A DNA stretch of 20,000 nt from an uncultured virus (IMG/VR IMGVR_UViG_3300001605_000037) (taxonomy: Duplodnaviria > Heunggongvirae > Uroviricota > Caudoviricetes). The notes under the pieces are model-generated. The model ran no database searches, was not told where the DNA came from, and saw only the letters and a program-made list of their open reading frames with translations. A program made the translations under genes and the position numbers. This document shows positions 1-7,047 of the stretch, piece by piece. How positions within the stretch are numbered: the first letter of the stretch is position 1; each line of letters starts with the position of its first letter. The stretch is from positions 44,915-64,914 of the IMG/VR virus record IMGVR_UViG_3300001605_000037; one strand, 5' to 3'.

Positions 1-17
1 AAGCAGGAGGTACAGTG

Positions 18-167
18 ATGAAAGAAGAATGTGAAAACCAGATTGATAATTTCATGTGGGGCAAACTCTGCAACCAAGGTGAAGAATTACAATCGCACAT
101 GCAATCGTGTCATAACTTGAACTTGTATAATTGCTGTCCAAAGAAGCAAAGGGAGGTGCAGCAATGA
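18..167 (+). CDS. Small Cys-containing hypothetical protein, 49 aa (MKEECENQ...KKQREVQQ)
   Basis: Translated by hand (below ORF-track cutoff). GGAGG at 6-10, TGATG overlap with an upstream ORF ending KQEVQ*, ATGA overlap with next gene. Confidence 0.7.
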   Translation: MKEECENQIDNFMWGKLCNQGEELQSHMQSCHNLNLYNCCPKKQREVQQ

Positions 168-319
168 CAAACAAACGTCCAATAGACAGATTTGAATCTC
201 GAAAGATGCCCGGGATTTGTATATTTTGCCTTGATGCTGACGAGTGTTATTCCACTCCAAGGAAGTGTAGAGAACAAGGCAAGGTAGATCGGATGAAACT
301 AGCGGGTGAAGCCCCATGA
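164..319 (+). CDS. Small Cys-rich hypothetical protein, 51 aa (MTNKRP...AGEAP), CxxC
   Basis: Track ORF 131..319 trimmed to ATG 164, which follows GGAGGTG and overlaps the previous stop (ATGA). Confidence 0.72.
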   Translation: MTNKRPIDRFESRKMPGICIFCLDADECYSTPRKCREQGKVDRMKLAGEAP

Positions 320-723
320 CCCCGCAGCCACAGCAGGTCTTATCTTGTGACACTTGCAATCATGCAGAAAAAAGTGATGCAAGGGAATACCCAATAAAAT
401 GCGGCATATCAAAACCCATTCCGATGTATGTTCACAAATATTGCGTATCATGGTTCGGATATGTAGGGTGTGCGTCCCACAGTTCCATCCCAGCCCCTGC
501 CGCCCTTGATCCAGCCGATGCAATCCCATTTTCAGATTGGGTATCGCAGCACGACGCCGCTATCATCGCCCAAGCCCGCGAGGATATGGTAAAAGAACTT
601 AACGATAAGATTGATAGTTGCATCTCATCGTGTCCAACAGATGCAAGGCAGAAACCAAAAACAATGCTTAAAAGATTTAAGCAAACAGTAGTAGAATCCC
701 TCCGCACCGGGGCGCAGCAATGA
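316..723 (+). CDS. Modular hypothetical protein, 135 aa (MTPQPQQ / Cys-rich / PAPA / QHDAAI..ARE / SLR..AQQ)
   Basis: ATGA-coupled at both ends; shares peptide modules with 869..1045 and 1038..1556. Confidence 0.8.
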   Translation: MTPQPQQVLSCDTCNHAEKSDAREYPIKCGISKPIPMYVHKYCVSWFGYVGCASHSSIPAPAALDPADAIPFSDWVSQHDAAIIAQAREDMVKELNDKIDSCISSCPTDARQKPKTMLKRFKQTVVESLRTGAQQ

Positions 724-872
724 CAGCGATACTTGAAATATCAAATGCACTGTCTGTAATACTATGTAGCGAGTGCACCCATTCCAGCGGATGCGCATAT
801 CGAGGAGAATATGGTGGCATGTGCTGGAAGAAAAGAGCAATTATGAATATTCTAAAGGAGATAGAGCAATGA
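720..872 (+). CDS. Small Cys-rich hypothetical protein, 50 aa (MTAILEIS...CSEC...KEIEQ)
   Basis: Translated by hand; ATGA overlaps at both ends; four Cys. Confidence 0.7.
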   Translation: MTAILEISNALSVILCSECTHSSGCAYRGEYGGMCWKKRAIMNILKEIEQ

Positions 873-1045
873 CCCCGCAGCACCCACAGCAGGAAGTCAA
901 TAAGTGTGTTGATTACGGCAATCCCCGCCCTACTCATCACATGTGCTTGCATTGTGGAATAAAAGAGGCATGCGAAGAAGAATATCAAAATCGCATTGCA
1001 GATGATGCATTTGTTGACCACATAACGGGAGGCAATTATGGTTGA
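869..1045 (+). CDS. Small Cys-rich hypothetical protein, 58 aa (MTPQHPQQ...CLHC)
   Basis: Track ORF 773..1045 trimmed to ATG 869 (GGAG upstream, ATGA overlap, same N-terminus as the 316 gene). Confidence 0.75.
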   Translation: MTPQHPQQEVNKCVDYGNPRPTHHMCLHCGIKEACEEEYQNRIADDAFVDHITGGNYG

Positions 1046-1556
1046 GGAAGAAGATATGAACGACGAGACAGCGCCATTCGATGTAAATAATCCTCCGTTC
1101 TCTAATGGCATCCGTTCCCGCCCCGCGCTGCCATGCAATATTATGACCTGCAACAAGGTAACAGACACCTGCATGGAACCCCGCCCCGCCCCGGCACCAC
1201 AGGGCAAACCCGCATCCAATCTTTGTAGACAATTTCCGAGTCATACAGTAATATCCGCAACATTGGCACATTTGTGCGTTGGTTGTCATTACGAGGAAAC
1301 ATGCACACCGATTAGCGGACAGACCGCGTGTGCAGACCATCCTTATTGTACGGGTAGTTGCTCTGGGGAAGTTGATGCTACATTCAATTGCTCTGCCGAA
1401 CAGCACGACGCCGCCATAGCCACAAAAGCCCGTGAGGAAGGGATAAATGCATTACTTGCAGCCATCGAAAACCGATTCGAGGATACCAATCGGGGGCGCG
1501 GTGTTGTTGGTACTATCAGAGGGCTGGCAGACTCCCTCCGCGAGGCGCAGCAATGA
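1038..1556 (+). CDS. Modular Cys-rich hypothetical protein, 172 aa (RPAPA, QHDAAI..ARE, SLREAQQ modules)
   Basis: GGAGG before ATG 1038; many Cys; C-terminal third paralogous in frame to 316..723. Confidence 0.8.
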   Translation: MVEEEDMNDETAPFDVNNPPFSNGIRSRPALPCNIMTCNKVTDTCMEPRPAPAPQGKPASNLCRQFPSHTVISATLAHLCVGCHYEETCTPISGQTACADHPYCTGSCSGEVDATFNCSAEQHDAAIATKAREEGINALLAAIENRFEDTNRGRGVVGTIRGLADSLREAQQ

Positions 1557-1729
1557 CATTTTATTGTGGAAAAAATGGCGTAGATATTGTATGCATGGAT
1601 GATATAGAAGGTAACTTTTCCGTGGTAGCATCTGGTAATAAAACTTCAATGTTAAAACTTGCGCGGGAGAGAAATTATGCTGTTGTTGAATTGAGACCGA
1701 TTCGGTATAAACAAGGGGATTACACATGA
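1553..1729 (+). CDS. Hypothetical protein, 58 aa (MTFYCGKNG...KQGDYT)
   Basis: Translated by hand; ATGA overlaps at both ends. Confidence 0.7.
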   Translation: MTFYCGKNGVDIVCMDDIEGNFSVVASGNKTSMLKLARERNYAVVELRPIRYKQGDYT

Positions 1730-1821
1730 TATTAGATGAACACAATGATCGACGGTGCGAAAAATGTATTGTAAAATCCATCCGGTATGAGGTGCAGCAA
1801 CAGCAGGCAGGTGCCCCATGA
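1726..1821 (+). CDS. Mini-ORF, 31 aa (MILDEHNDRRCEKC...EVQQQQAGAP)
   Basis: Translated by hand; ATGA-coupled on both sides; ends with two of the recurring terminal modules. Confidence 0.55.
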   Translation: MILDEHNDRRCEKCIVKSIRYEVQQQQAGAP

Positions 1822-1970
1822 TCACCGTCTACCACTGTCGACCCGAACAGTTCTGTCCCTGCCAGAAAGAGACGGGTGCGATCACATATCAATGTGGAAT
1901 TGCCAAGCCGCTCAACCAGTTTACCAACGATGAACTGCTTGCCGAGATCAAACGGAGGATGGGATCGTGA
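1818..1970 (+). CDS. Hypothetical protein, 50 aa, Cys-rich with C-terminal LNQFTNDELLAEIKRR helix
   Basis: Translated by hand; ATGA/GTGA overlaps; the C-terminal amphipathic motif resembles ones recurrent in small viral proteins. Confidence 0.7.
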   Translation: MITVYHCRPEQFCPCQKETGAITYQCGIAKPLNQFTNDELLAEIKRRMGS

Positions 1971-2212
1971 CAGAAAGCTTATGTGACGGATGCGACCATT
2001 GTGAGTCAGATTGCAAGAAGGCAGATAGGTGTAGTATTGATCCTGATAGAGTTATTTGCTCCAAGTGTGGATGTTGCTATGATATTAATGACTTGGATAG
2101 TGAAAGTGTCTATACAAAATCTCAAGACCACCCTTGGGGATCTACTACTGCAACAGAGACCTACGTTATTGGATGTAGGTGTCCAGACTGTGGGACAGAT
2201 AACATGTTCTGA
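1967..2212 (+). CDS. Cys-rich putative Zn-binding protein, 81 aa
   Basis: GTG start after GGAGG; CDGCDHC, CSKC and CPDC motifs. Confidence 0.78.
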   Translation: MTESLCDGCDHCESDCKKADRCSIDPDRVICSKCGCCYDINDLDSESVYTKSQDHPWGSTTATETYVIGCRCPDCGTDNMF

Positions 2213-2221
2213 GGTGTATCT

Positions 2222-2614
2222 ATGAGCCAGATTAACCCACACGACCCTTATGGGTATAATGAGGTCCATTGGAGAATGGAAGCATATTGGTTGGAATGTT
2301 CTGAGGATAGTATTGCCCCACATTTGTTTGGGAGATGGCATAGCGTTGAGGATATGTACGATGAACCTGATTGGTGTTCGTATAGGACATATTGGTGCTT
2401 TAGAGCACATGTGGTGGATATTCAGGAAGCTGTGAATGTGTTGTGTGATCATTGCTCTGATGCTATGAGTAGTTCTGGAACACGCTGGATACCACCCGAT
2501 GCTTGGTGTGGACATGATTGGACAAAAGGACCTTGTAGGATGCAAAACTATCAGAGGTTTCTTTGCCACATGTTTGTTGTAGACCCTGAGTGGTATCCGA
2601 ATGAGGAGTGGTGA
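2222..2614 (+). CDS. Trp/Cys/His-rich hypothetical protein, 130 aa
   Basis: GAGGTG before ATG; CDHC motif; codon usage like neighbours. Confidence 0.78.
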   Translation: MSQINPHDPYGYNEVHWRMEAYWLECSEDSIAPHLFGRWHSVEDMYDEPDWCSYRTYWCFRAHVVDIQEAVNVLCDHCSDAMSSSGTRWIPPDAWCGHDWTKGPCRMQNYQRFLCHMFVVDPEWYPNEEW

Positions 2615-2644
2615 GTATGATGAATGATCTGGGAGGTATGAGTA

Positions 2645-2788
2645 ATGGATGCTGAATCACTTAAAGGTGCTGTGGTAGTTGATACGTCGGAGTATGATAG
2701 GGATATGTGTATTACTATCAAACAGCTCGATGGAACGCTTGTAGTGTTGGATCTCTGGGATATTTATGAAGAAGTATCTACCAGTTAA
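2645..2788 (+). CDS. Small acidic hypothetical protein, 47 aa (MDAESLKGAVVV...)
   Basis: Translated by hand; GGAGGT at 2632-2637. Confidence 0.62.
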   Translation: MDAESLKGAVVVDTSEYDRDMCITIKQLDGTLVVLDLWDIYEEVSTS

Positions 2789-2924
2789 GAAGGATGTTTG
2801 GGTGCTGGGGCAGATGACTGCTTTCCTGGTACTCTGTATTGGATTGCTGTGGGCGGTTCATGAACCGAATCCCATAGTTGTTCTGTGTATTATTGGAGCA
2901 CTTGTTGTGTTGGTGATACCATGA
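2766..2924 (+). CDS. Small membrane protein with two hydrophobic segments, 52 aa (...IGALVVLVIP)
   Basis: Translated by hand; fills the gap; ATGA overlap with next gene. Confidence 0.62.
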   Translation: MKKYLPVKKDVWVLGQMTAFLVLCIGLLWAVHEPNPIVVLCIIGALVVLVIP

Positions 2925-3232
2925 CTAGGATTTGTGGTGAGTGTTTGAACTACATAGCTATTCGGGGTGATGAGGCTCAGAAAGCACGAGCACGAGCACC
3001 TTACGGGACATATTCTTCTGAGGTGAAGAAGTGTAAGCTTGGTGAGGAGTATGAATTGCAAGTGGATATTAACGGGACCTGCGAGGCTTTCAATAAGCCA
3101 GTGAGGATTAAATCCAAGGACTCCAAGAGGGTTGTGCAGGTAGATGATGTTCAACAGCAAATGCTGGATGCATTGAATCGGATTGAATATCACCTTCACA
3201 AGCTTGTTACGATGGCGGAGAGACAGCAATGA
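2921..3232 (+). CDS. Hypothetical protein, N-terminal CGEC and C-terminal coiled-coil-like helix, 103 aa
   Basis: Track ORF 2885..3232 trimmed to ATG 2921 (GGTGA upstream). Confidence 0.75.
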   Translation: MTRICGECLNYIAIRGDEAQKARARAPYGTYSSEVKKCKLGEEYELQVDINGTCEAFNKPVRIKSKDSKRVVQVDDVQQQMLDALNRIEYHLHKLVTMAERQQ

Positions 3233-3567
3233 TATCAGAACAGATTGGACAGATTATGGTGGCTACTAGGTCGGTATTGGGAGTAGTGAATATTACCACG
3301 CATGAGATTGATTTGCTTGAAGAGCAGATTGATAAGATTGCTCTGTTGGTTCCCTATTTGGCTCCCGAGAAGGCCGCAAAGGCTGACTGTGCTATTTCGG
3401 TTATGTATAGACGGATTCAGTTGGTACGCACAATGTTGATTTGTGTGAGCTTGGAAGATGCTACCGATCCTACTGAGATGGACTTTGACTTCTCTGAGTT
3501 TGAAGATGTGGCTTCCTTACCAGACCGGACTACTTGGTTAGGACGGTACAGCAGGGTGGTTGGATGA
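3229..3567 (+). CDS. Hypothetical helical protein, 112 aa
   Basis: GGAG upstream; ATGA coupling at both ends. Confidence 0.75.
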   Translation: MISEQIGQIMVATRSVLGVVNITTHEIDLLEEQIDKIALLVPYLAPEKAAKADCAISVMYRRIQLVRTMLICVSLEDATDPTEMDFDFSEFEDVASLPDRTTWLGRYSRVVG

Positions 3568-3770
3568 AACCAGATCTACCCACGAGAGTTGTAGGTAGGG
3601 CCATCGATGATATCATTTATCTGGAGACAGATGATGGTGGAGATGGGGAAGTACGGATACTGTTGGATGATGGAACTATCCTGAGTATCAATTCCCATAA
3701 CTCCAAGGGGGTTATTATGTACGTAGAGGTGTATGGGGAGGTGGAAGATGGATGTACAATCGACAGCTGA
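3564..3770 (+). CDS. Acidic hypothetical protein, 68 aa (MKPDLP...)
   Basis: Track ORF trimmed to ATG 3564 overlapping the previous stop. Confidence 0.68.
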   Translation: MKPDLPTRVVGRAIDDIIYLETDDGGDGEVRILLDDGTILSINSHNSKGVIMYVEVYGEVEDGCTIDS

Positions 3771-3951
3771 TGATGTGCTAGCAAGTTTGCTTGCTTTGGA
3801 TGGGGTTAATGAGGTTTACTTACTTAAGGATGCTTTCGATGGACTCGATGATAGATTGAAAGACAAGTTTGTAGAGCTCATTAAGGATGAGTATGAGTTA
3901 ATACCTATCGAGGATGCTAGGGAGATGGTGAACCGTGACGGACCAGACTAA
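3748..3951 (+). CDS. Acidic hypothetical protein, 67 aa (MDVQST...)
   Basis: GGAGGTG directly upstream of ATG 3748. Confidence 0.72.
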   Translation: MDVQSTADDVLASLLALDGVNEVYLLKDAFDGLDDRLKDKFVELIKDEYELIPIEDAREMVNRDGPD

Positions 3952-4072
3952 TGTACCTAAGTGTTCACACGCATACTATGATCGTACTGCCCTAACTAGC
4001 ATGTGCGATTACAATTGCAAGCAATGTGATGGGTATGATCAGAACTGTAATGATAGGGATGCCGATGATTGA
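3935..4072 (+). CDS. Small Cys-rich hypothetical protein, 45 aa (MTDQTNVPKC...CDYNCKQC...)
   Basis: Translated by hand; GGTGA then GTG start; five Cys; fills the gap. Confidence 0.6.
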   Translation: MTDQTNVPKCSHAYYDRTALTSMCDYNCKQCDGYDQNCNDRDADD

Positions 4073-4211
4073 GCGTGTGTTAATTGAGTGTCCTAAGTGC
4101 AAATCAGTTGATGTTCGGACAGCAACTAATCCAATCCGACATGAGTGCAATGAATGCCACTGTTGGTTTAAGAGGACCATTACAGTAACCTATGAGGTGC
4201 TTAATGGTTAG
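4065..4211 (+). CDS. Zn-ribbon protein, 48 aa (CPKC...CNEC)
   Basis: Two CxxC pairs with ribbon spacing; start trimmed to ATG 4065. Confidence 0.72.
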   Translation: MIERVLIECPKCKSVDVRTATNPIRHECNECHCWFKRTITVTYEVLNG

Positions 4212-4560
4212 AACTATCTGGGTGACATGGGGGTTTGTTGGATTTCACTCTTACCCGTCAGCTCCTCCTGTGGTTGGCTACCTGTCCCACATGCACCGTC
4301 ACACATTTAACATCCGGGTCGAACTTGATGTTGCACATGAGATAGACCGCGAACTGGAATTCCACATGGTTCGGAACAAGCTCATGTATGCTTTCTTCAG
4401 GCAGGTCAATGATCAGGATACAGGTTCCTGTGAGGCCATGTGCGATCTCCTGAGTCACATTGTTCAGTTAGAATACCCAGGACGATCACACACCATTACC
4501 ATCGATGAAGATGGAGAGTGTGGCTCAACCTTATGTGTTCCAATTCTTCAAGAACCGTAA
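4204..4560 (+). CDS. QueD-like (6-carboxytetrahydropterin/PTPS-type T-fold) protein, viral subfamily, 118 aa
   Basis: GFH-x-YP-x-AP, HRH-x-F metal-binding motif, DRELEF, SCE and C-terminal EDGECG, the pattern of phage QueD-like proteins; GAGGTG before ATG 4204. Confidence 0.72.
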   Translation: MVRTIWVTWGFVGFHSYPSAPPVVGYLSHMHRHTFNIRVELDVAHEIDRELEFHMVRNKLMYAFFRQVNDQDTGSCEAMCDLLSHIVQLEYPGRSHTITIDEDGECGSTLCVPILQEP

Positions 4561-4570
4561 GGTCTTTAAC

Positions 4571-4592
4571 AAATCCAAACATATAAATACTA
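4571..4592 (+). promoter_or_regulatory. Archaeal-type promoter (BRE + TATA box)
   Basis: AAATCCAAAC-ATATAAATAC in the only long AT-rich intergenic gap; TATA at about 4581-4589, upstream of an AAGGAG RBS and ATG 4660. Confidence 0.7.
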
Positions 4593-4659
4593 TTAAGATC
4601 CATATATATTGCGGATCCTACTTGTATGTAGGTGTACGCAAGCAAAGGAGTTTTGAACT

Positions 4660-5022
4660 ATGGCGAGCGCAGAAGATCTGATCAAGCTGTACAACAGCAT
4701 TCAGGCAAAGCAGGTAGAAAAGGGCGTAAAGGGCGAGAAAGCTAACGCAATCCGCGATACCGTCCGGTCAATTGTTGCTGCATTCAAGGCAACTGGTGTG
4801 GTTGAACTGTCCCAGGCAACCCTTCGGAATTCTGTTAAGGAAATTCTTGCAGAGTCTGACCCAGAGGTTAAGCTGGACCAGGGCCATTTCAGTACCATCA
4901 TCAGTGCCATGTATGAAACCAAGAAAGACACGGCAACTGGTGCAGTTATTGTGCTGACGGCAGCAGAGAAACCCCCGAAGGTTCGGGTCAAGAAAGCCAA
5001 AGCAAAGTCAGCAGCAGAGTAG
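4660..5022 (+). CDS. Lys/Ala-rich basic protein, 120 aa, candidate abundant DNA-binding protein
   Basis: First gene after the promoter; helical core plus KPPKVRVKKAKAKSAAE tail. Function is inferred. Confidence 0.85.
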   Translation: MASAEDLIKLYNSIQAKQVEKGVKGEKANAIRDTVRSIVAAFKATGVVELSQATLRNSVKEILAESDPEVKLDQGHFSTIISAMYETKKDTATGAVIVLTAAEKPPKVRVKKAKAKSAAE

Positions 5023-5045
5023 ACACTCAACTAGAGTTGGGTGTT
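5022..5045 (+). other. Stem-loop immediately after the stop codon (transcript-end or stability element?)
   Basis: GACACTCAAC-TAGA-GTTGGGTGTT, 10-bp stem with G-U pairs; no long T-tract follows. Confidence 0.55.
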
Positions 5046-5049
5046 AACA

Positions 5050-5346
5050 ATGTTGTTGGTGGTGAGTAATTATCAAGACATTCGTGAGCAAGAGATTCCC
5101 TGGGCGAAGTATTCCCAGGTATTGCTTGTTCATTGTGTCGAGGGTGGTGTGTTTGAGCTTAAGCGAAAGTTGAAGACACAAGCACTAATCCACCACATCC
5201 CACTACACATCATGTTTATCATCCCACCAGTTGAGATTGTTCCCCCCGAACTTCTTTTGGGTTGTGGACTAACCATATCCAAGGAGGTGGAACTATATGG
5301 ACAGCAAATTAATCATACCATACCTTCAGATGCCAAAGAGAGCTAA
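5050..5346 (+). CDS. Hypothetical protein
   Basis: Track ORF 5041..5346; ATG 5050 lies just outside the hairpin; start uncertain. Confidence 0.55.
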   Translation: MLLVVSNYQDIREQEIPWAKYSQVLLVHCVEGGVFELKRKLKTQALIHHIPLHIMFIIPPVEIVPPELLLGCGLTISKEVELYGQQINHTIPSDAKES

Positions 5347-5575
5347 GTCTCCTGATATTGTGGACTGCTTTATTAAAGCCGGAGCTCCGCGAGGTGTGGT
5401 GAAGGTTGAGAACACAGGACGAGATTTTGATAGTGTCTACTCGGCACTATTTATGTACCTGAAGAGCCATCCTGAGTTGGAGGTGACTCTTGTCAGAGAA
5501 GACGGAGACATCGTTCTATACAGACGTGTTGTCGGAGAAGATAGCACTATTTGTGATGCAGGACTGGACAGTTGA
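5297..5575 (+). CDS. Small alpha/beta hypothetical protein, possibly DNA-binding, 92 aa
   Basis: Strong AAGGAGGTGG RBS; helix (FDSVYSALFMYLKSH) followed by a beta-hairpin. Confidence 0.75.
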   Translation: MDSKLIIPYLQMPKRAKSPDIVDCFIKAGAPRGVVKVENTGRDFDSVYSALFMYLKSHPELEVTLVREDGDIVLYRRVVGEDSTICDAGLDS

Positions 5576-5759
5576 TGAGGCTCATACTATCTCGTCTGTT
5601 GCTGAAAGGTTTCAGATCGATATCAGAAGTGCAAGGTATTACCTTATGAAGTATGTGGATAAAGGAATCCTTTGTCAGATCACATGGGAGGGTAATACCT
5701 ATTATGCATGGAGGTGTTGGAAACGTCCATTCAAAGCTTTAGGGGTTAGAGTACTATGA
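5490..5759 (+). CDS. Winged helix-turn-helix protein, 89 aa
   Basis: TISSVAERFQIDIRSARYYLMKYVDKGIL plus wing; GGAGGTGA before TTG start. Confidence 0.75.
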   Translation: MSEKTETSFYTDVLSEKIALFVMQDWTVDEAHTISSVAERFQIDIRSARYYLMKYVDKGILCQITWEGNTYYAWRCWKRPFKALGVRVL

Positions 5760-5926
5760 GAAGCACATGGGTTGGTGCGTGTGCAGCACTATGCGTGATA
5801 TTCATGTACGTTGCATGGTACGGGTTCTCTGGTGGGACAATACCCCCAATTGTGGTGGGTATAACCGGTACAGTATTGACGACCATTACAGTGATGGGTA
5901 CTATAGCCATCATAAATATGAAGTGA
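5756..5926 (+). CDS. Small two-TM membrane protein, 56 aa (MRSTWVGAC...)
   Basis: Translated by hand; two hydrophobic stretches; ATGA overlap; fills the gap exactly. Confidence 0.62.
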   Translation: MRSTWVGACAALCVIFMYVAWYGFSGGTIPPIVVGITGTVLTTITVMGTIAIINMK

Positions 5927-5929
5927 CCT

Positions 5930-6955
5930 ATGTCATTTGTTGAAACACTTGTGAAGAATGATTGGACCACTGCGAACGCAGAGGCGAAAGTAAAGCAGCT
6001 GACTGAAGCAATCCAGAAGAAGTATCCTAGTGCAACACCTGAGTTTGTGGAGAATACTCTCAAGTCAGCTATTAATACCCTGACGAAGAGTAAGATCGAG
6101 GTTATTCAGGGTGTGTGTGTTGGGTTTGGGAAGAAGCAGGACAGTAACAGTTTTGCAAAGATGAAGGCCAAGGAGGTCTGGGATCAGAACCCCAAGCTGG
6201 CTGCAGATGAGAAGTATGTTGTTGTGGATGCCGATGGGTCTGTTGTGTTTGAGACTGACGATAAGGGCGTCCAGAAGGTTGACAAGAATGGATCACCTAT
6301 TCCTGTCTGGGCTGACAACAGGGAGTTCATTGACCCTGATACCAAGAAGATGAAGAACTCTCGGTGGGGCAAGGCTCTCGGAGAGGTTATTCAGCGTGAT
6401 GCCTTCTTTATTGTGAATGGTAAGTTTGCACGTGCCTTTGGGAATTTCGATGTCCAGATGGGACATGAATACCAGATATTTGGTACTACCAGTAAGAAGG
6501 GGTATATTACTATCCCGAAGAATAGTCCTGGAGTTAAGCATGTAAGGATGCTTGAGGATGCTGAGTATTGGACACTGGTCAACAAGGTTGCTCAGGTTGA
6601 TGATTTAGCTGTTCAGCTTGGTGATGTTGCTACTATGGATAAGAACAAGCCCGTGGTGACCAAGGGGACAGTAACTACAGCTAGGGAAGCTGGGGCTTTC
6701 TATATGATTGTGGTGACCGATGATTCATACCCCGATGGGTATATGTGCTTCTCGGCTGACGAGGCTCTGAATGTTGAGTGCGAGGCACTCGGAGCTGGTA
6801 ATGAGATCATTCTGGTTGGAAAGACTGGCCAGTCAGTTGATAAGGTGACCAAGGAAGTCCGGAAGAACATTTCGGTGTATGGGTTTGCTTGCAATCCCGA
6901 GAGTGATAAGATTGCAGGGGCTGTTAGGTCTCTGGATGACATCCTATACTCATAA
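5930..6955 (+). CDS. Putative OB-fold single-stranded DNA-binding protein (viral RPA/SSB-like), 341 aa
   Basis: Beta-rich repeats with OB-like patterns (VVTKGTV...IVVTDDS...GNEIILVGK...NISVYG); upstream of a Sak4-like ATPase. ORF certain, function inferred. Confidence 0.6.
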   Translation: MSFVETLVKNDWTTANAEAKVKQLTEAIQKKYPSATPEFVENTLKSAINTLTKSKIEVIQGVCVGFGKKQDSNSFAKMKAKEVWDQNPKLAADEKYVVVDADGSVVFETDDKGVQKVDKNGSPIPVWADNREFIDPDTKKMKNSRWGKALGEVIQRDAFFIVNGKFARAFGNFDVQMGHEYQIFGTTSKKGYITIPKNSPGVKHVRMLEDAEYWTLVNKVAQVDDLAVQLGDVATMDKNKPVVTKGTVTTAREAGAFYMIVVTDDSYPDGYMCFSADEALNVECEALGAGNEIILVGKTGQSVDKVTKEVRKNISVYGFACNPESDKIAGAVRSLDDILYS

Positions 6956-6964
6956 TTATTTTTT

Positions 6965-7047
6965 GGGTGTGTGGCAGAGTGGCCAAATGCGTCCCCCTCA
7001 AAAGGGGATCCTGTAGAGGTGCATCGGTTCGAATCCGATCATGCCCA
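6965..7047 (+). tRNA. trnL: tRNA-Leu, anticodon CAA, archaeal type, no intron, no encoded CCA
   Basis: Acceptor GGGTGTG/CATGCCC + A73; D-arm GCAGAGTGGCCAAATGC; anticodon stem TCCCC/GGGGA, loop CTCAAAA (CAA 6999-7001); variable arm CCT-GTAG-AGG; T-arm ATCGG-TTCGAAT-CCGAT. Confidence 0.95.

Larger units (their letters stand above)
153..1821 (+). repeat. Dispersed short direct repeats at gene starts, gene ends and domain borders
   Basis: ATGACCCCGCAGC 316/869; CAGCACGACGCCGC 547/1401; AAGCCCGYGAGGA 572/1426; TCCCTCCGC 697/1533; GGCGCAGCAATGAC 711/1544; GAGGTGCAGCAA 153/1789; GCCCCATGA 311/1813; CCCGCCCCGC 1117/1180. Confidence 0.9.

Noticed and set aside
153..1821. CRISPR array, integron attC array or DGR template/variable repeat explanation for the repeats
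   Set aside because: Repeats are short, of several types, irregularly spaced, protein-coding and non-palindromic; mismatches are not adenine-specific; no cas, integrase or reverse transcriptase gene in the window.
6953..6964. T-tract terminator after the SSB gene
   Set aside because: TAATTATTTTTT abuts the tRNA 5' end with no room for a separate promoter; more likely a leader or partial terminator, so not called.
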